This document shows positions 51,025 to 62,147 of a stretch of 64,000 nt of DNA, one piece after another. How positions within the stretch are numbered: position 1 is the stretch's first letter; each line of letters begins with the position of its first letter. A program made the translations under genes and the position numbers. Source of the DNA: Tubiluchus corallicola (taxonomy: Eukaryota; Animalia; Priapulida); assembly GCA_030141605.1 (NCBI GenBank), contig JAQGDQ010000063.1, positions 434,001-498,000 of the forward strand. Reading direction: 5' to 3'. Below the pieces are notes generated by a model. It was given only the letters and a program-made list of their open reading frames with translations. It had not been told where the DNA came from and made no database searches.

Positions 51025-51502
51025 AAGAAAAAATCCCACAATTAAAAAACAAGGAAAAAAGCAAGAGCACAACTTTCCAAATTATCACTTCTTCTTCAGG
51101 TGAACAAAAAAAGGAAAAAAAATAAAAAATGGCATTGAATTGCTAGAACTACTGAGCTAATTTTGTTGTCAGTTTTTTCTTTATAACATTAACGCATAAA
51201 AACAATATCACACTAGATAAGATATAAGCACAGAGAAAAACGAAGAAGCACATCAGAAAAAATGCAAAAGAGAAACAATGTAGTAAAAAAAATCAGTGGT
51301 GATTTTTAGTGTGATATCTTTTCATGTGTTAATAATATAAACAAAAAGCCAAAAAAATAGATTCAGTAGTTCTAGTAATGCCTTGTAATTTTTTCTCTTT
51401 TTTTGACCTTTTTTTGCTGACCAGAAAAGGAGCAACAGTGGTAGTTCGAAATGTTGATGTGTTTGTTTCTTATTTCTTGTTTTTTAATTGAAGGATCTTT
51501 CT
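51025..51502. mobile_element. AT-rich MITE with inverted arms in JADE intron 10
   Basis: ATCCCACAATTAAAAAACAAG...CTAGAACTACTGA is mirrored by TCAGTAGTTCTAG...CTTGTTTTTAATTGAAGGAT. Confidence 0.7.
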
Positions 51503-51592
51503 ATACATTTTTTAACTTTTCAAGCAGAAAAAATTATAGCCACCCAAGTTTGTAGATAAGAAACTCAAAATAGGTGTAATCATAAAAATCAC

Positions 51593-51706
51593 CTTCAGTT
51601 TAACTCCTTCTTCTTCTCCCCCATCATCATCATCTAAGACTGTCTCCATCTTCAAACCATTTTTGAATGCGCAGGTAACATGAAAAGCTGTCTTGCACGT
51701 TTTCAC
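51593..51706 (-). CDS. JADE: JADE-like coding exon 10 ([20 protein letters not shown]...VKLK)
   Basis: ePHD2 C..C..AFHVTCA motif; TTTTAG acceptor, AAG|GTGA donor. Confidence 0.95.
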
Positions 51707-51797
51707 CTAAAAAATTCAAATATATAATTATAACAATTTCACCACAAATACACAAAACTAATAGGTAATACTAAACAAATTAGAAAGTCTGAACCAA

Positions 51798-51880
51798 AAT
51801 TTTGAAGCTCCACTGGACTTGAACCCACGACTTTCTGCTTTCCTGGCAGCTATGCCAAGCATTCTGACTTTTCAGAAAAC
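51798..51880 (-). mobile_element. tRNA-derived SINE remnant
   Basis: Minus strand GTCGTGGGTTCAAGTCCAGTGGAGC (box B/T-arm) followed by AAAATTTT. Confidence 0.45.
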
Positions 51881-52110
51881 TAACCTTTCCACTTGTTATG
51901 AGTGTTATATTTCAAAGTATTCTACACTTAAGACTGAAACTAATGTTTATACCAAAAATAAGAACATTTTATAGCAATAATGCTGGCAAATTAGTCCATT
52001 TCTGAACATTGAATAAAGAAAGTAATCTAATAAAAAAGTACTGACCATGATATTTAAAAACAATTATGTTTTACACAATATAATTTGACATGTTGAAGAC
52101 AGGAGCTTAC

Positions 52111-52282
52111 CGAGCATTGAATGCAAGCTCCCGTACGTTCTCTACACAAGTAGCACACTAAGCTCCATCTACTGGCCGGGATGCTATTTATTTTTGTTAT
52201 AGGTTCCATCTTTTCAACATCACCAATGCTGACTTCGGGAATCCAAAGTGCACAGCTGACATGAGCCCATTTTGTACCACTC
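52111..52282 (-). CDS. JADE: JADE-like coding exon 9 (ePHD2: [17 protein letters not shown]...[15 protein letters not shown])
   Basis: Lies within ORF 52054-52293; TTTAG acceptor, G|GTAAG donor. Confidence 0.96.
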
Positions 52283-52406
52283 CTAAATTTCATAAAATAT
52301 GGTTTACTATAAAAGCTTTCAGAATAACATCTATGAGTAATTGCACGAATGAAGCAAAAATAACTAGATCAGCGAATAATGTACGGAAATATTGTATAAT
52401 GCTTAC

Positions 52407-52525
52407 TTTGTACTTTTCATTGCACCTCCTCTGTTTGGACAGAGTATGCAGCTGGGTTTAAGATTCAAAGAGCAAGTTCTACACAACCAGTCACCAGCAG
52501 GTATTGACATGATGCCGTAGCATGC
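52407..52525 (-). CDS. JADE: JADE-like coding exon 8 (PHD1 end and Zn knuckle: [18 protein letters not shown]...[14 protein letters not shown])
   Basis: PZP motif; ACAG acceptor, GTAAG donor. Confidence 0.95.
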
Positions 52526-53298
52526 CTGTGATAACAAATTTCAACAATCAAATTAAACTGATGCTTATATTTGACATGATCCAACCTGTTCATTTCACAT
52601 AATAGTCCAAGAGCCCGTGATGAAATAACCTCCTCATCAGGAACATGATTTTCAACCACCGCATATCGTAGGTATGGGTGCCATATTCCACAAATGACTG
52701 CTCATTTGTCATGGGAACAGGAGTTACGCCCCAAAAAGGCCTATAACTTCCTCATCACGCACATAATTTTCGACCGCATCATATCATAGGCACGAGTATA
52801 CCCATAACAAATGACTACCCATTCGATATGAGAGAACAGATTTCACGTGATATGCCCCAAAATAGATTACTTGTTGCACAATTGCATCGTAGATCTGTGT
52901 ACTATGGCATAGTTTCATTCAATAGAAAAGCGGTTTAGTCTGTTTGGGGCATTTTTAGGTTATCCACCGACATTGTAATATCACCTGGTTATTCAAGCAA
53001 AATTAATTTTCATTATCAGCAAACTGATAGTTATTAATTTATTTTATAAAATTTATGCATTTACAATGCAAAAAGTAAAATCATATTAGGCGTGCAGAAA
53101 ATTCAAACATGTCGTGTACAACAAAGTAAGCCGTTTTTGAAAAGCACAGTGCAGATTAAAGTTTGTGTTGTCCTGTTTTTAAATGATTATCGGTGGAATG
53201 CCACCAAATATTAATACTTGTAAGAAAGATAAAATCAACTAGAAGCTGCAAATTGTAAACAATTCAATAAGGTCTGACAAACAAAAATGAAGTATTAC

Positions 53299-53361
53299 CT
53301 GATGGACACAGATGTCACAATTATCACAAAACACCATTTCGTTCTCATCTTCACAATCAGG
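53299..53361 (-). CDS. JADE: JADE-like coding exon 7 (PHD1: PDCEDENEMVFCDNCDICVHQ)
   Basis: PHD Cys/His spacing; TAG acceptor, CAG|GTAA donor. Confidence 0.95.
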
Positions 53362-53853
53362 CTACAAGACAAATTAAACATTTGATTTTACAAATAGCAA
53401 TTAAATGGTCAAGCATGAACGGGCAGATTGCAATTTAGTTGAAGGCAATTGAAGGTCGAGTAGTATTTTATTACCTGTATTTAGTTCTAAATGTTGATAC
53501 ATAAAAAGGCACTTTCCACCCAAAAAATGTGCTCAGACGAATAATAAAGTGATGGGGTATGTCAAAGAAAGTTCTACTACTTTGCATATTAATGAGCAAA
53601 CAGGCCAGCTTCTGAATTGCAAGTTCAAGGCCGACCCATTGTCCAAATAATTTCTGACTTGCCAGTTATACAAAAACATTTCAATATTTCATTTGTATGA
53701 ATACAAAATTAAAATCTAATTAATATAACTAATCCACATGCAGTGGTTTGCAATCCGTAACCGAAGAGAATCGAGCTGCATTTTAGAATATCATTAAATT
53801 AAAGCAAACAAACCGTAAATCAGTTAGAAAAATCATAGAAAGTTCATACTAAC

Positions 53854-54002
53854 CGCTCGACATATATCACATATGACATCCTCATCATACTCAATACCCA
53901 GTCCCTCGCCATTGCGAATGATGCTTTGTATTTTGTCATGGCAAGAGACCTCCAGTTCTTCAATAATTCGCTCCATATCAATCTCACTGATTTTTTCATC
54001 AC
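53854..54002 (-). CDS. JADE: JADE-like coding exon 6 (EPcI end to PHD1 start: MERIIEELE...GLGIEYDEDVICDICRA)
   Basis: Conserved motif, CCAG acceptor, GTTAGT donor, phase 1->0. Confidence 0.95.
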
Positions 54003-54185
54003 CTGGCCAAGGAGAACAGAAAGTTAATATCTGTACAGAAAGTACATGAAAAAAACCTTATACCATTCTTCTACAATATACATGTGAATAATATTTTTTT
54101 ATGCATGACTATCTTTAAGAAATTGACAAAAATTAATCACGTGAGGCAACAAACCTCAACAGAGACGAGATTAGTTCTAGGGAAG

Positions 54186-54227
54186 ATTTCAATAAAACAC
54201 CCAGCAAAAAAGCGCTCCTCGTTAATC
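54186..54227 (-). pseudogene. Relic duplicate of the 3' end of JADE exon 5 plus its donor-side intron
   Basis: 36/43 identical columns with 56356-56398 by eye; INEERFFAG vs VNEERWFAG; donor GTATG altered. Confidence 0.7.
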
Positions 54228-54267
54228 ATCATCATTAACGTCGCAAAAAATACTGATACACATAATA

Positions 54268-56283
54268 CAGTGATACCTCGAGATACGAAATTAATTCCTT
54301 CCAGCCCCCCCCCCCCGAAAACACTCATAAAAAGTGTAAATATTGTACCCACCCGAAAGAAATATGTTTGTTAATGACGACATAATCATAATCATTTACA
54401 TAAATGCAAAAATCAACGAGAAAATAATAAAATGAATACATCAACTTAACACTATGAATTTTTTAAAATTTATTTATACTTTTTTTGGACATTTTGTTTT
54501 TCTACTTTTTTTCTAATTTTCTTCACTGCTCTTTTGCTTGTCTTGATTCACTTTGGCCTTCACTTTTGCTGGTTGCGGGCCGTTTAGTGAAAAATCTGTC
54601 CAATGATGTTTGCCTTTGCTGACTTTTTAGAATGTTTCTGAAACGGCTCAAGCAAATGTCATTAAATTGAGCCAAAACACGACTTGTGTGAACCTTTTCG
54701 GGTTGTTTCTTTTAAATAAAGTCTGCCACTTTGTGATAGGACGACAGCATTTCTTTCATTACGGCCGTTGACATGATCGCCTCCTCCTCCTCTAACTCCT
54801 CCTCGCTGCTGAACTGCTCCTGAACCACAGTGTGTTGCATCGCCTCCAACTCCTTTAACTCATCGGTTGTCAACTCATCTTGGTGCTCGTCCTCATTGAG
54901 ATCGAGTCCTATGGCCTTCCCGAGCGAGACAATTTCCTCCACTTGAGGCTGAGGTTGAGGTTCAGCTTCGGCTTCGACATCTCGAGGAGCGATGGCATCA
55001 GGCCACAGCTTTCTCTAGGCTGCGTTGAAAGTGCTTCTTGTGACTTCTTGCCAAGCCAAATCTATGAGTTTCAGGCATATTACGATGTCGAAGTGTTGTT
55101 TCCAAAATTCACGGAGGGTGAGCTGAGTGTTTTCCGTGATATCGAAACATCTATTCAAGAGATGCTTCGTGTAGAGTTTCTTGAAATTAGAAATGAGCTG
55201 CTGGTCCATGGGCTGGAGGAAAGGGGTGGTGTCGGGAGGAAGGTACAGGACTTTAATGAAGGAGAACTATTCAAGGATATTATCCTCGAGGCCAGGGGGG
55301 TGCGCGGGGGCGTAATCGAGGATCAACAGACATTTTATTGGGAGCTTGTTCTCTTCTAAATATTTCTTTACAGCTGGGCCGAAGGTGAGGTTCACCTACT
55401 CAACAAAAAATTGTCTCGTAACCCAACCCACGCCTTCGCGTTCCCCCTCCACATGACTTGAAGTCTTTTCATCAAAATTATGCATCTTGAAGGCTTGAGG
55501 ATTCTCTGAGTGGTATAGCAGCAGGGGCTTGACTTTACAATCCCCGCTGACATTGGCACATAGGGCAAGGGTAAGGCGGTCCTTCATCAGCTGATGCCCT
55601 GGCAGTCTCTTCTCCTCGGCAGTTATGTACGTCCGACGAGGCATCTTTTTCCAGAAGAGTCCTGTTTCTTCACAGTTGAAGACTTGCTGTGGGATGTAAC
55701 CTTCATCAAGGACTAATTCTTCGAATTTCCTGATGAACTCTTCAGTTGCCTTGGCATCCGAACTGGCAGCCTCCCCATGACGCACCATTGAATGGATTCC
55801 AGTCTGTTGTTTAAACTTATCAAACCAACCGCGGGATGCTTTGAACTCTGGGGGTGCCCGCTGCTCAAAAGTGCCCCTTCTTCATGAGTTCACGAAAATG
55901 GCACTTGCCATTTGGCAAATGATTGTTTCGATCACAGTATCTCCGGCGAGTTGCTTCTAATTCATCCACAGGAAAAGAAGTCTCTCAATCTCGTCGTTTA
56001 GATGAGTCCTTTTACTGGAAATGACCGTCACGCCCTTCGAACGCTTTACGGTTTTAATGGAGTCTTTTTGCTTCAGTATTGTTCAGATCGTCGAACGAAA
56101 ACACAAGACAATAGACAAGAGCACAGAAATGCATTCTGGGAGGACCGCTGTCGGGCGGCACTTTCGATTTTCGTTTTCGTATCTTGAATGTTTTTCATTA
56201 CATGGGATGGAAATTTCTTCGAAGCCCGATTCGTATTCTGAATTTTTCGTAAAATAGGGTTTTCGGAAGTCGAGGTTCAACTG
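54268..56283 (-). mobile_element. Tigger/pogo-like DNA transposon fossil (CENP-B HTH + DDE_1 transposase, frameshifted and stop-interrupted) in JADE intron 5
   Basis: TA target sites. Imperfect TIRs CAGTGATACCTCGAGATACGAAA / CAGTTGAACCTCGACTTCCGAAA(rc). Motifs FKASRGWFDKFK, VRHGEAASSD, QQVFNCEETGLFWKKMPRRTY, KDRLTL, QPMDQ. Confidence 0.92.
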
Positions 56284-56372
56284 TACTGATTTAAAGAGAC
56301 TCACTCAAGCTTCTTAATTACTTCCGTTAAGCTTAGTTTTAGTTTATGTGTGATAATTTGAATAAAACATAC

Positions 56373-56533
56373 CAGCAAACCAGCGCTCCTCATTAACCTT
56401 GACTAGCCAGCAATAATCAGCATCATCTAGATCATAACGACATACATTATCAGCCTGATCAGCTACCGTCTGTAAATGATGCACGTCGCTACGGAATGTC
56501 TCATCGTGGTTAATCCGAAGCAACTTTTTCGGC
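56373..56533 (-). CDS. JADE: JADE-like coding exon 5 (EPcI: PKKLLR...VCRYDLDDADYCWLVKVNEERWFA)
   Basis: Enhancer-of-polycomb-like YDLD..D..WL..N motif. TTTAG acceptor, G|GTATG donor. Confidence 0.93.
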
Positions 56534-57621
56534 CTAAAATAGAAAATAAAATGTGGTGTATATTAAAAATTAACTAGCAAATTCAGATCCTTTAATGCAA
56601 GCAACAATCCCAAGGCCTAAGAAGGTGAGGTAGGTAAGGAGCGCAACGAAGAACATACACGTCATTTTAAAAAATTTCTGGTAACGTGTATACTAAATTT
56701 ATCCATTAGAGTCAAAACTACCAATCGAGAATTTTTACTGTAATATCTCCAAGATGCCTGTGTACATAAAAACATTCTGGAAAACATTGGATATGAAATG
56801 TGTATGTGGCACGATGAAAACGACTTACTTCAACATGACAACATACTACCTCAAATGCATTGAAAAGAAGGAAGTTTTTGGCCACACCTACACAATCACT
56901 GCTTCCAGACCCCACAAGGAAGTTCCTGTAGAACACTGCCATTTTGACACTGAAGTTAATGTTGAGACATGGCCTTTTACTGAGTAATTAATGAGAACTC
57001 AGGGAGGGATCATAAGCAAGGCCTAAAACTCCTGACATACGATATAATCGCATGTACAATGCCGAATACAAAAGGCTTATGGATGAAACCATGTACAGGG
57101 CAACTGCTCACGAATTCAATACAACTACATCCAGTTATGTTCTTTAATAAGAGTTCGGTTCCAAAATTAATATTAATTATAAGCGAACTTAAATTAATTA
57201 AAACAATAAAGTTTTACTAGCTTTACTATCGTGGAAACAACATTTAATGTAAGTTCAAGTGAAATTTGGCAGCAGCTAGTTAGTTCATCATAAAACATGA
57301 AGCCCTTTCCCTATCACCTAGGAAAGCAAGAAAGAAAGGGATTGGACAGGTCATGCACCTAACCTCATGTCCAAAAAGTGTTTGAGGGCCTGATTAGAAA
57401 GTCCACTTTGATATTGCCATTATCTGCTCCACTGCTGGGACTCAAGTGTGGCTAGTACTACCATGATGACACACCTCAGTTATTGTATAGACGTATATGT
57501 ATATGGTACACATTTGATGATCACCAAATAAGTCTAAATAAGTCTGTAAAACTGCCTCCCGTCAGGCAGTTACGAGTTTAGAACAAAGCCATTTGCTAAC
57601 CAGTGCAAATTAAAATTATAT

Positions 57622-58165
57622 TTAAAAGTAAAACTGCACCCAATCTTAAATTGTAGGTTAAGACAATCTACCCTACTACTTTTTCAAAAATTACTTACGT
57701 CAAAGACTTATTACCACACAAACACAATTTCATATTTGCCCACTAGTTCTTCGCTGTTACATGCATTTCACTATTCGCTTGTTACATGGGCACTAGCGCC
57801 TGCATTTCAGAAATGCATTGCACAAAACAGTTGATATACCTCTCAGGACAGATGTGTTAGTCTGTGACAGACTCGTGTGAGCACAGCAGTAAAGTTGAAA
57901 TTTGAATTTTTATCTTAAAATTTCTCTAAAGTTTTAGAGCAACATATCTTACAGTAGCACTGTACTTCAATTTCTGCTTTTGCAAACATGTGCAACACAT
58001 GTATACTTTTTATTGGACATGAAAATGGGGTAGTATGTGAAAAATCATCCTGTTTTGCTTTAAGCATCATTACGTTTTGAAAATTGTTTAAAAATGCAGC
58101 TATTAAGATCAGAGGCAAAACCAAGTCTGTCAGCAAATACCGGTTTTGTCGCATATTGGGCAGGT
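57622..58165. mobile_element. Second copy of the 8.6-9.3 kb repeat, CpG-decayed, in JADE intron 4
   Basis: GGGCACTAGCGCCTGCATTT, TCTTCGCTGTTACATGCATTTC and TTGAAATTTGAATTTTTATCTTA are reverse complements of 8995-9190. Confidence 0.75.
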
Positions 58166-58520
58166 CAGGTTGTGGACTATGAGAAAGTTAGGAATAGGAG
58201 ACCTTCCCGGAAGAGCCCAAAACATATCTGACATTTTAAGTTAATATAAATAAAGTAACTGAAATGATTTAAACAATGTGGCATATATTATGTTTTAAGT
58301 ACATATAAGGACACAAACGGACAAACTAAACACGGACAATTAAAGATGAAATGCACCATGAAACTATTCGAAGCATGACAAAAGCACGAGAAGCTACACA
58401 GGTGAGCAAAAGGTCAACTGTAAAGTAGATGAAAGCCAAATTTAAATAATCGTATAGGTTAAGTTTTTACAAACTTAGTCTCGAATCTTTTTGATTGCAT
58501 CTCATATTAAATGTACTTAC

Positions 58521-58562
58521 AATCGAAAATCTTGTCTTGTATATCCACCAAGATTAGCGACC
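58521..58562 (-). CDS. JADE: JADE-like coding exon 4 (42 nt, VANLGGYTRQDFR)
   Basis: TACAG acceptor, GTAAGT donor, symmetric phase 2/2. It supplies the F.LPKK linker before EPcI. Confidence 0.8.
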
Positions 58563-58934
58563 CTGTAAGAATACATATAAAACAGTCAAAATTTCATCTA
58601 TTACAAAAAATGCTAATAATATTTAAGATCAAAACATTTGCTGTACATTTCCACCACTGTATTGGTGCACATTTCCTGTAGAGGTAACAAACAAATGTAT
58701 TTGCAATATTTCAAGAAAAATCTCTGGACACATGATTTAATTTTGAAAATATGAATAAGCCACTTTATGTTCACTTTTAATTTTATCAAAATTATCAAAA
58801 GTACAGATTTTATACAACAAATATAATAACTAGAGTAAGCCTATAAAGTCAAGAACACAACTAACTACCCAATAAAAAAACATGAAACCAGAAATATACA
58901 GCATTTAGAAATTACAAATATGTAGTCTCGTTAC

Positions 58935-59092
58935 CTAACAGACGGTTCGGGCAGGTCTTCAGGATTAACAGGAACTTGAACACCTTTCTCCCATTCTTGT
59001 CTCCAAGTATCCGTCACTCTCCAGTATTCGTCAGAAAGTAACTGTTCAGAGTCGGCAAGCTTCATGGCACTGATCAGATCTTTCCGAAACAA
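58935..59092 (-). CDS. JADE: JADE-like coding exon 3 ([17 protein letters not shown]...[23 protein letters not shown])
   Basis: Hand translation gives the JADE N-terminal conserved block. GCAG acceptor, AG|GTAA donor. Confidence 0.95.
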
Positions 59093-59613
59093 CTGCAATA
59101 TTGAAGTTGATTACTAAAAATCTATGTTCTTTAAAGATTATATAACTGAGTAGGATTCTTTAACAGGTGAAAATGGGTACATTTTAGTAAGGAGTTTACA
59201 AATACATCATTATCATAATCATACATGTATAACTATAATAAAACTGAGATTCTATAGTGTGACAAGTCCATTATCAAGACCATTTTATGTGCCTTTTCTG
59301 AAATGAAACATCAGCTTTGAATGTGGACATTAAAGGTACACAAGGAACAATGTAAAAAATTAATAAAGTTTTATTTTGCAAAATAATTCATAGTTCTTTA
59401 AAAAAACTGTGCATTACATTAGCTCAAGTAAGATAACCACAGAAATTCACGCTTTGAAAACATTAGATTATATCACCTATAATAAGGCTTTATTACACAA
59501 AATATTAGATCAGTAAAATCGTAAAATCAAAATGTTCTTATAAAATCAACTGAATTGGAGAGCTTGAACTTTTAACACAACACACATTTAATAATGACAA
59601 GAATACTGACAAT

Positions 59614-59683
59614 GAATAAAAAATCCCACAATTAAAAAACTTTCTTTTTTTCCCTTGCTTTTTAATTATAGGATTTTTTATTC
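59614..59683. mobile_element. Internally deleted 70-bp hairpin derivative of the 51.0-51.5 kb MITE
   Basis: GAATAAAAAATCCCACAATTAAAAA...TTTTTAATTATAGGATTTTTTATTC shares its end with 51025. Confidence 0.6.
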
Positions 59684-59976
59684 ATTTTTAACCAAATGAC
59701 TTAGAAAAAGGATTTAATTTTTTTACCAGACTAATTACTATCAAAACTGTGAGCATAGTGTGCTGACTAAAAGTTTGAAAGGTATTGCTCACATCTTCAA
59801 TTGATGTTCCAAATAAGCTTTGCATATAATATTACAAAAAAAAGATAATTAAATTAGCATGGCAATAATACACTTAATTATTTTCTCGAATAAAACTTTT
59901 CCTTGTGAGACATTCTCATATGCTAGTTAGTATTTTGTTACCATGCATCTCTAGTTAAGTTAAGTAAAAAATATAC

Positions 59977-60119
59977 CTCTGCCGGCTGCTCCATTTTGTT
60001 ACCATATTCACTTTTCTTGTTTTTAGTTGGCTTATCCACGTAGGAACGATTAAATGACGAAGAGGAGCCACTACGATCATTTTCTTCAACAGAATCATCA
60101 CTGTTTCCTTTCGATGATC
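59977..60119 (-). CDS. JADE: JADE-like coding exon 2 (SSKGNSDDS...NKMEQPAE)
   Basis: CTAG acceptor, GAG|GTATAT donor. It ends in PAE, the residues preceding the conserved FRxDLI motif. Confidence 0.85.
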
Positions 60120-61990
60120 CTAGTAACATAGATTTCAATTATTCCACAATTTCTTACCTTTTAATTGCTAGAAGATGACTATTGTCCTTACCAACCTCAC
60201 AACTAATGTTTTAAGAACTTAGTACTTAACAAACGACACAATTTATACAATCTAAGCTATTTTTTTCAGGTGGGTATTTTTTTAGAAATTTATTTTTTTA
60301 AGGATGTAAGAAGAAACACTATCACTACAAAAGATGATATTATAATTTGATGTATTTTCTAAATATTGACAGAAAAAATATGTTCTATGCAAGACTTTTT
60401 GAAACTTCCTGAGGCAATTTCTAGCTGGAAATCATAATAAACAATTTTAGTGTTCTTACAAAATGAAAAATGTAGTTCATACGGAACCAAAACAAAAAAT
60501 CTTTAACTGCTAGAAGTAGAAATTAGCTATATTCTTAAAAAATGCATGTCTGCATCTTTTGGGTATAGTGATTAAACAAAGCATCTTCCCGGGACTAAAA
60601 CCTTTCTGTGTCAGTACTTCAGGAGTATTTCCAGAAAAAAGGACCTTCACAGAGCAATATTTGACCTTACCAATTAATGCGCATGACTGATCAGGTTATG
60701 CTAAGGTTACATAATTTTTTTTAGATCAAACGATTTTTGTTCATGTGGTCACTCGTGTATAAAGAATCATTATTACAATGTGCACACATAATCCAAAGAT
60801 GGCAACTCCAAAGATGCAGAAAAGAAGTCAAATAGAAAATAATTATCTGATTAGGCTGTCATAAGTTAGTACTTTCATTTGAAATAGAAAAGCAACATTT
60901 TCAAATAAGAAAACTTTCATGTAAACAATTTTTCAAACAGATATACAAGGCTGTTCTAACACTTGATGTCGCTGCCACTTGTCAATGATTTTCCCAGGCA
61001 CACAGGCCAACAAAATTTGTACTGACGCACATGATTGTTTTTCAACTGGTAAAGCCTATTAATTTCATACATCAAACCTTTTTCTCGGAGAATGTCTCCA
61101 AACACTCAACAATAAGCAACAGAGGTATTTGGTATTTCATAAATTTAAAAAAATCCAAAAAAACAGTAAAATTTCATTTCCAAAAACTGTTTCAATAACA
61201 AGAACTCATCATGTAATTAAGGCTTATGCATTTATGGAAAATAATCAAGATATTAAACAAGGCAATGAAAAGCAAAAAATGTTTAAATTGTGATCTTGCA
61301 CAATTTTTGTGTATATATTTTTAAATGCTACATAGTGAACATTATTACCCAAGTTTAATGTACTCACACTTTATAAATGATGAGGTTTATACTAGACCTA
61401 AATATTACACAGCTTAATTCTTTGTCTTACGTGTATAACCCACATATATCTTCTTGTGAATCAAGGACTATTTGTACACGAATATATATGAAATTATACA
61501 TATATGAATTTTACACCTATTGATTGAAATTCAAACACTTAAAAACATTGCACAATATAAAAGCAGCTGAAATAAAAATAGTATCTAAAAATTTAAAAGT
61601 CGCAGGTATCGTAGTGCAGCAAAAATACAGTTGCGATTCAAGCGCTTTTTGAAAACTTGGCCAAACACCTATACATCTATACAAAGGCACGTATATTTAA
61701 ATAGTTGTGCATAAACAAAAATTCTTTGCCAGGACTCTTTGCACTAAGTAAAATTAATTAATACATGATTTTATAGCCCTAATGTAAGAATCATTAAGCA
61801 AGACTGGTGGCAAACAAGGAAACTGAAGCAAAAAGGCCAAGACCAGCAATATTATGAAGAGTACCTTTACTAGCAGAGAATGACATTACAACAGAGTTAA
61901 ACTAACAAAAACTGAAATTCGGCAATTAGGCTACTTCAACTGAAGAAAGTAAAATAAACATTAAATAACGAAAAACAAAAATTTACTCAC

Positions 61991-62045
61991 CTCTAAATTC
62001 ATCCAGCTTGTTTAGCAAGCCTTTCAGTTTGGTGGTGCCAGACAT
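61991..62045 (-). CDS. JADE: JADE-like coding exon 1 (MSGTTKLKGLLNKLDEFR; whole exon probably 61991-62178 including 5'UTR)
   Basis: ATG at 62045, G|GTGAGT donor, phase 1 matches exon 2 (G+GA=Gly). A TTTTAG acceptor at 62179-62180 implies a further upstream non-coding exon. Confidence 0.7.
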
Positions 62046-62054
62046 TACTGCAAG

Positions 62055-62147
62055 CTAGTATGCAGGATCACTGCTATACACAAGAGTCCTTAAAAAATTC
62101 TTTAATTCCATATTCTTATCCCACGTGGTCAAATTGTCTCCTGGCAT
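62055..62147 (-). promoter_or_regulatory. Upstream ORF (30 aa, MPGDNLTTWDKNMELKNFLRTLVYSSDPAY*) in the JADE 5'UTR, in frame with the main ATG
   Basis: ATG 62147, TAG 62057-62055, followed by CTT GCA GTA ATG. Confidence 0.5.

Larger units (their letters stand above)
42267..62045 (-). other. JADE: Spliced gene model: JADE/PHF17-family (rhinoceros-like) PZP chromatin scaffold of the HBO1/KAT7 complex; 14 coding exons, 2544 aa
   Basis: All 13 introns are GT-AG with matching phases (1,0,2,2,1,0,0,2,0,0,2,0,0). Recognisable JADE motifs: [106 protein letters not shown]. Confidence 0.95.

Noticed and set aside
54880-55359. 159-aa plus-strand ORF
   Set aside because: Antisense to the Tigger transposase.
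54268-56283. Active or domesticated Tigger (TIGD-like gene)
   Set aside because: Multiple stops and frameshifts, first catalytic Asp replaced (NCEETG), truncated N-terminus, diverged TIRs.
42267-62045. BRPF or AF10 identity for the PZP gene
   Set aside because: No bromodomain or PWWP in the tail; the FRxDLISAMK and EWEKGVQVP motifs are JADE-specific.
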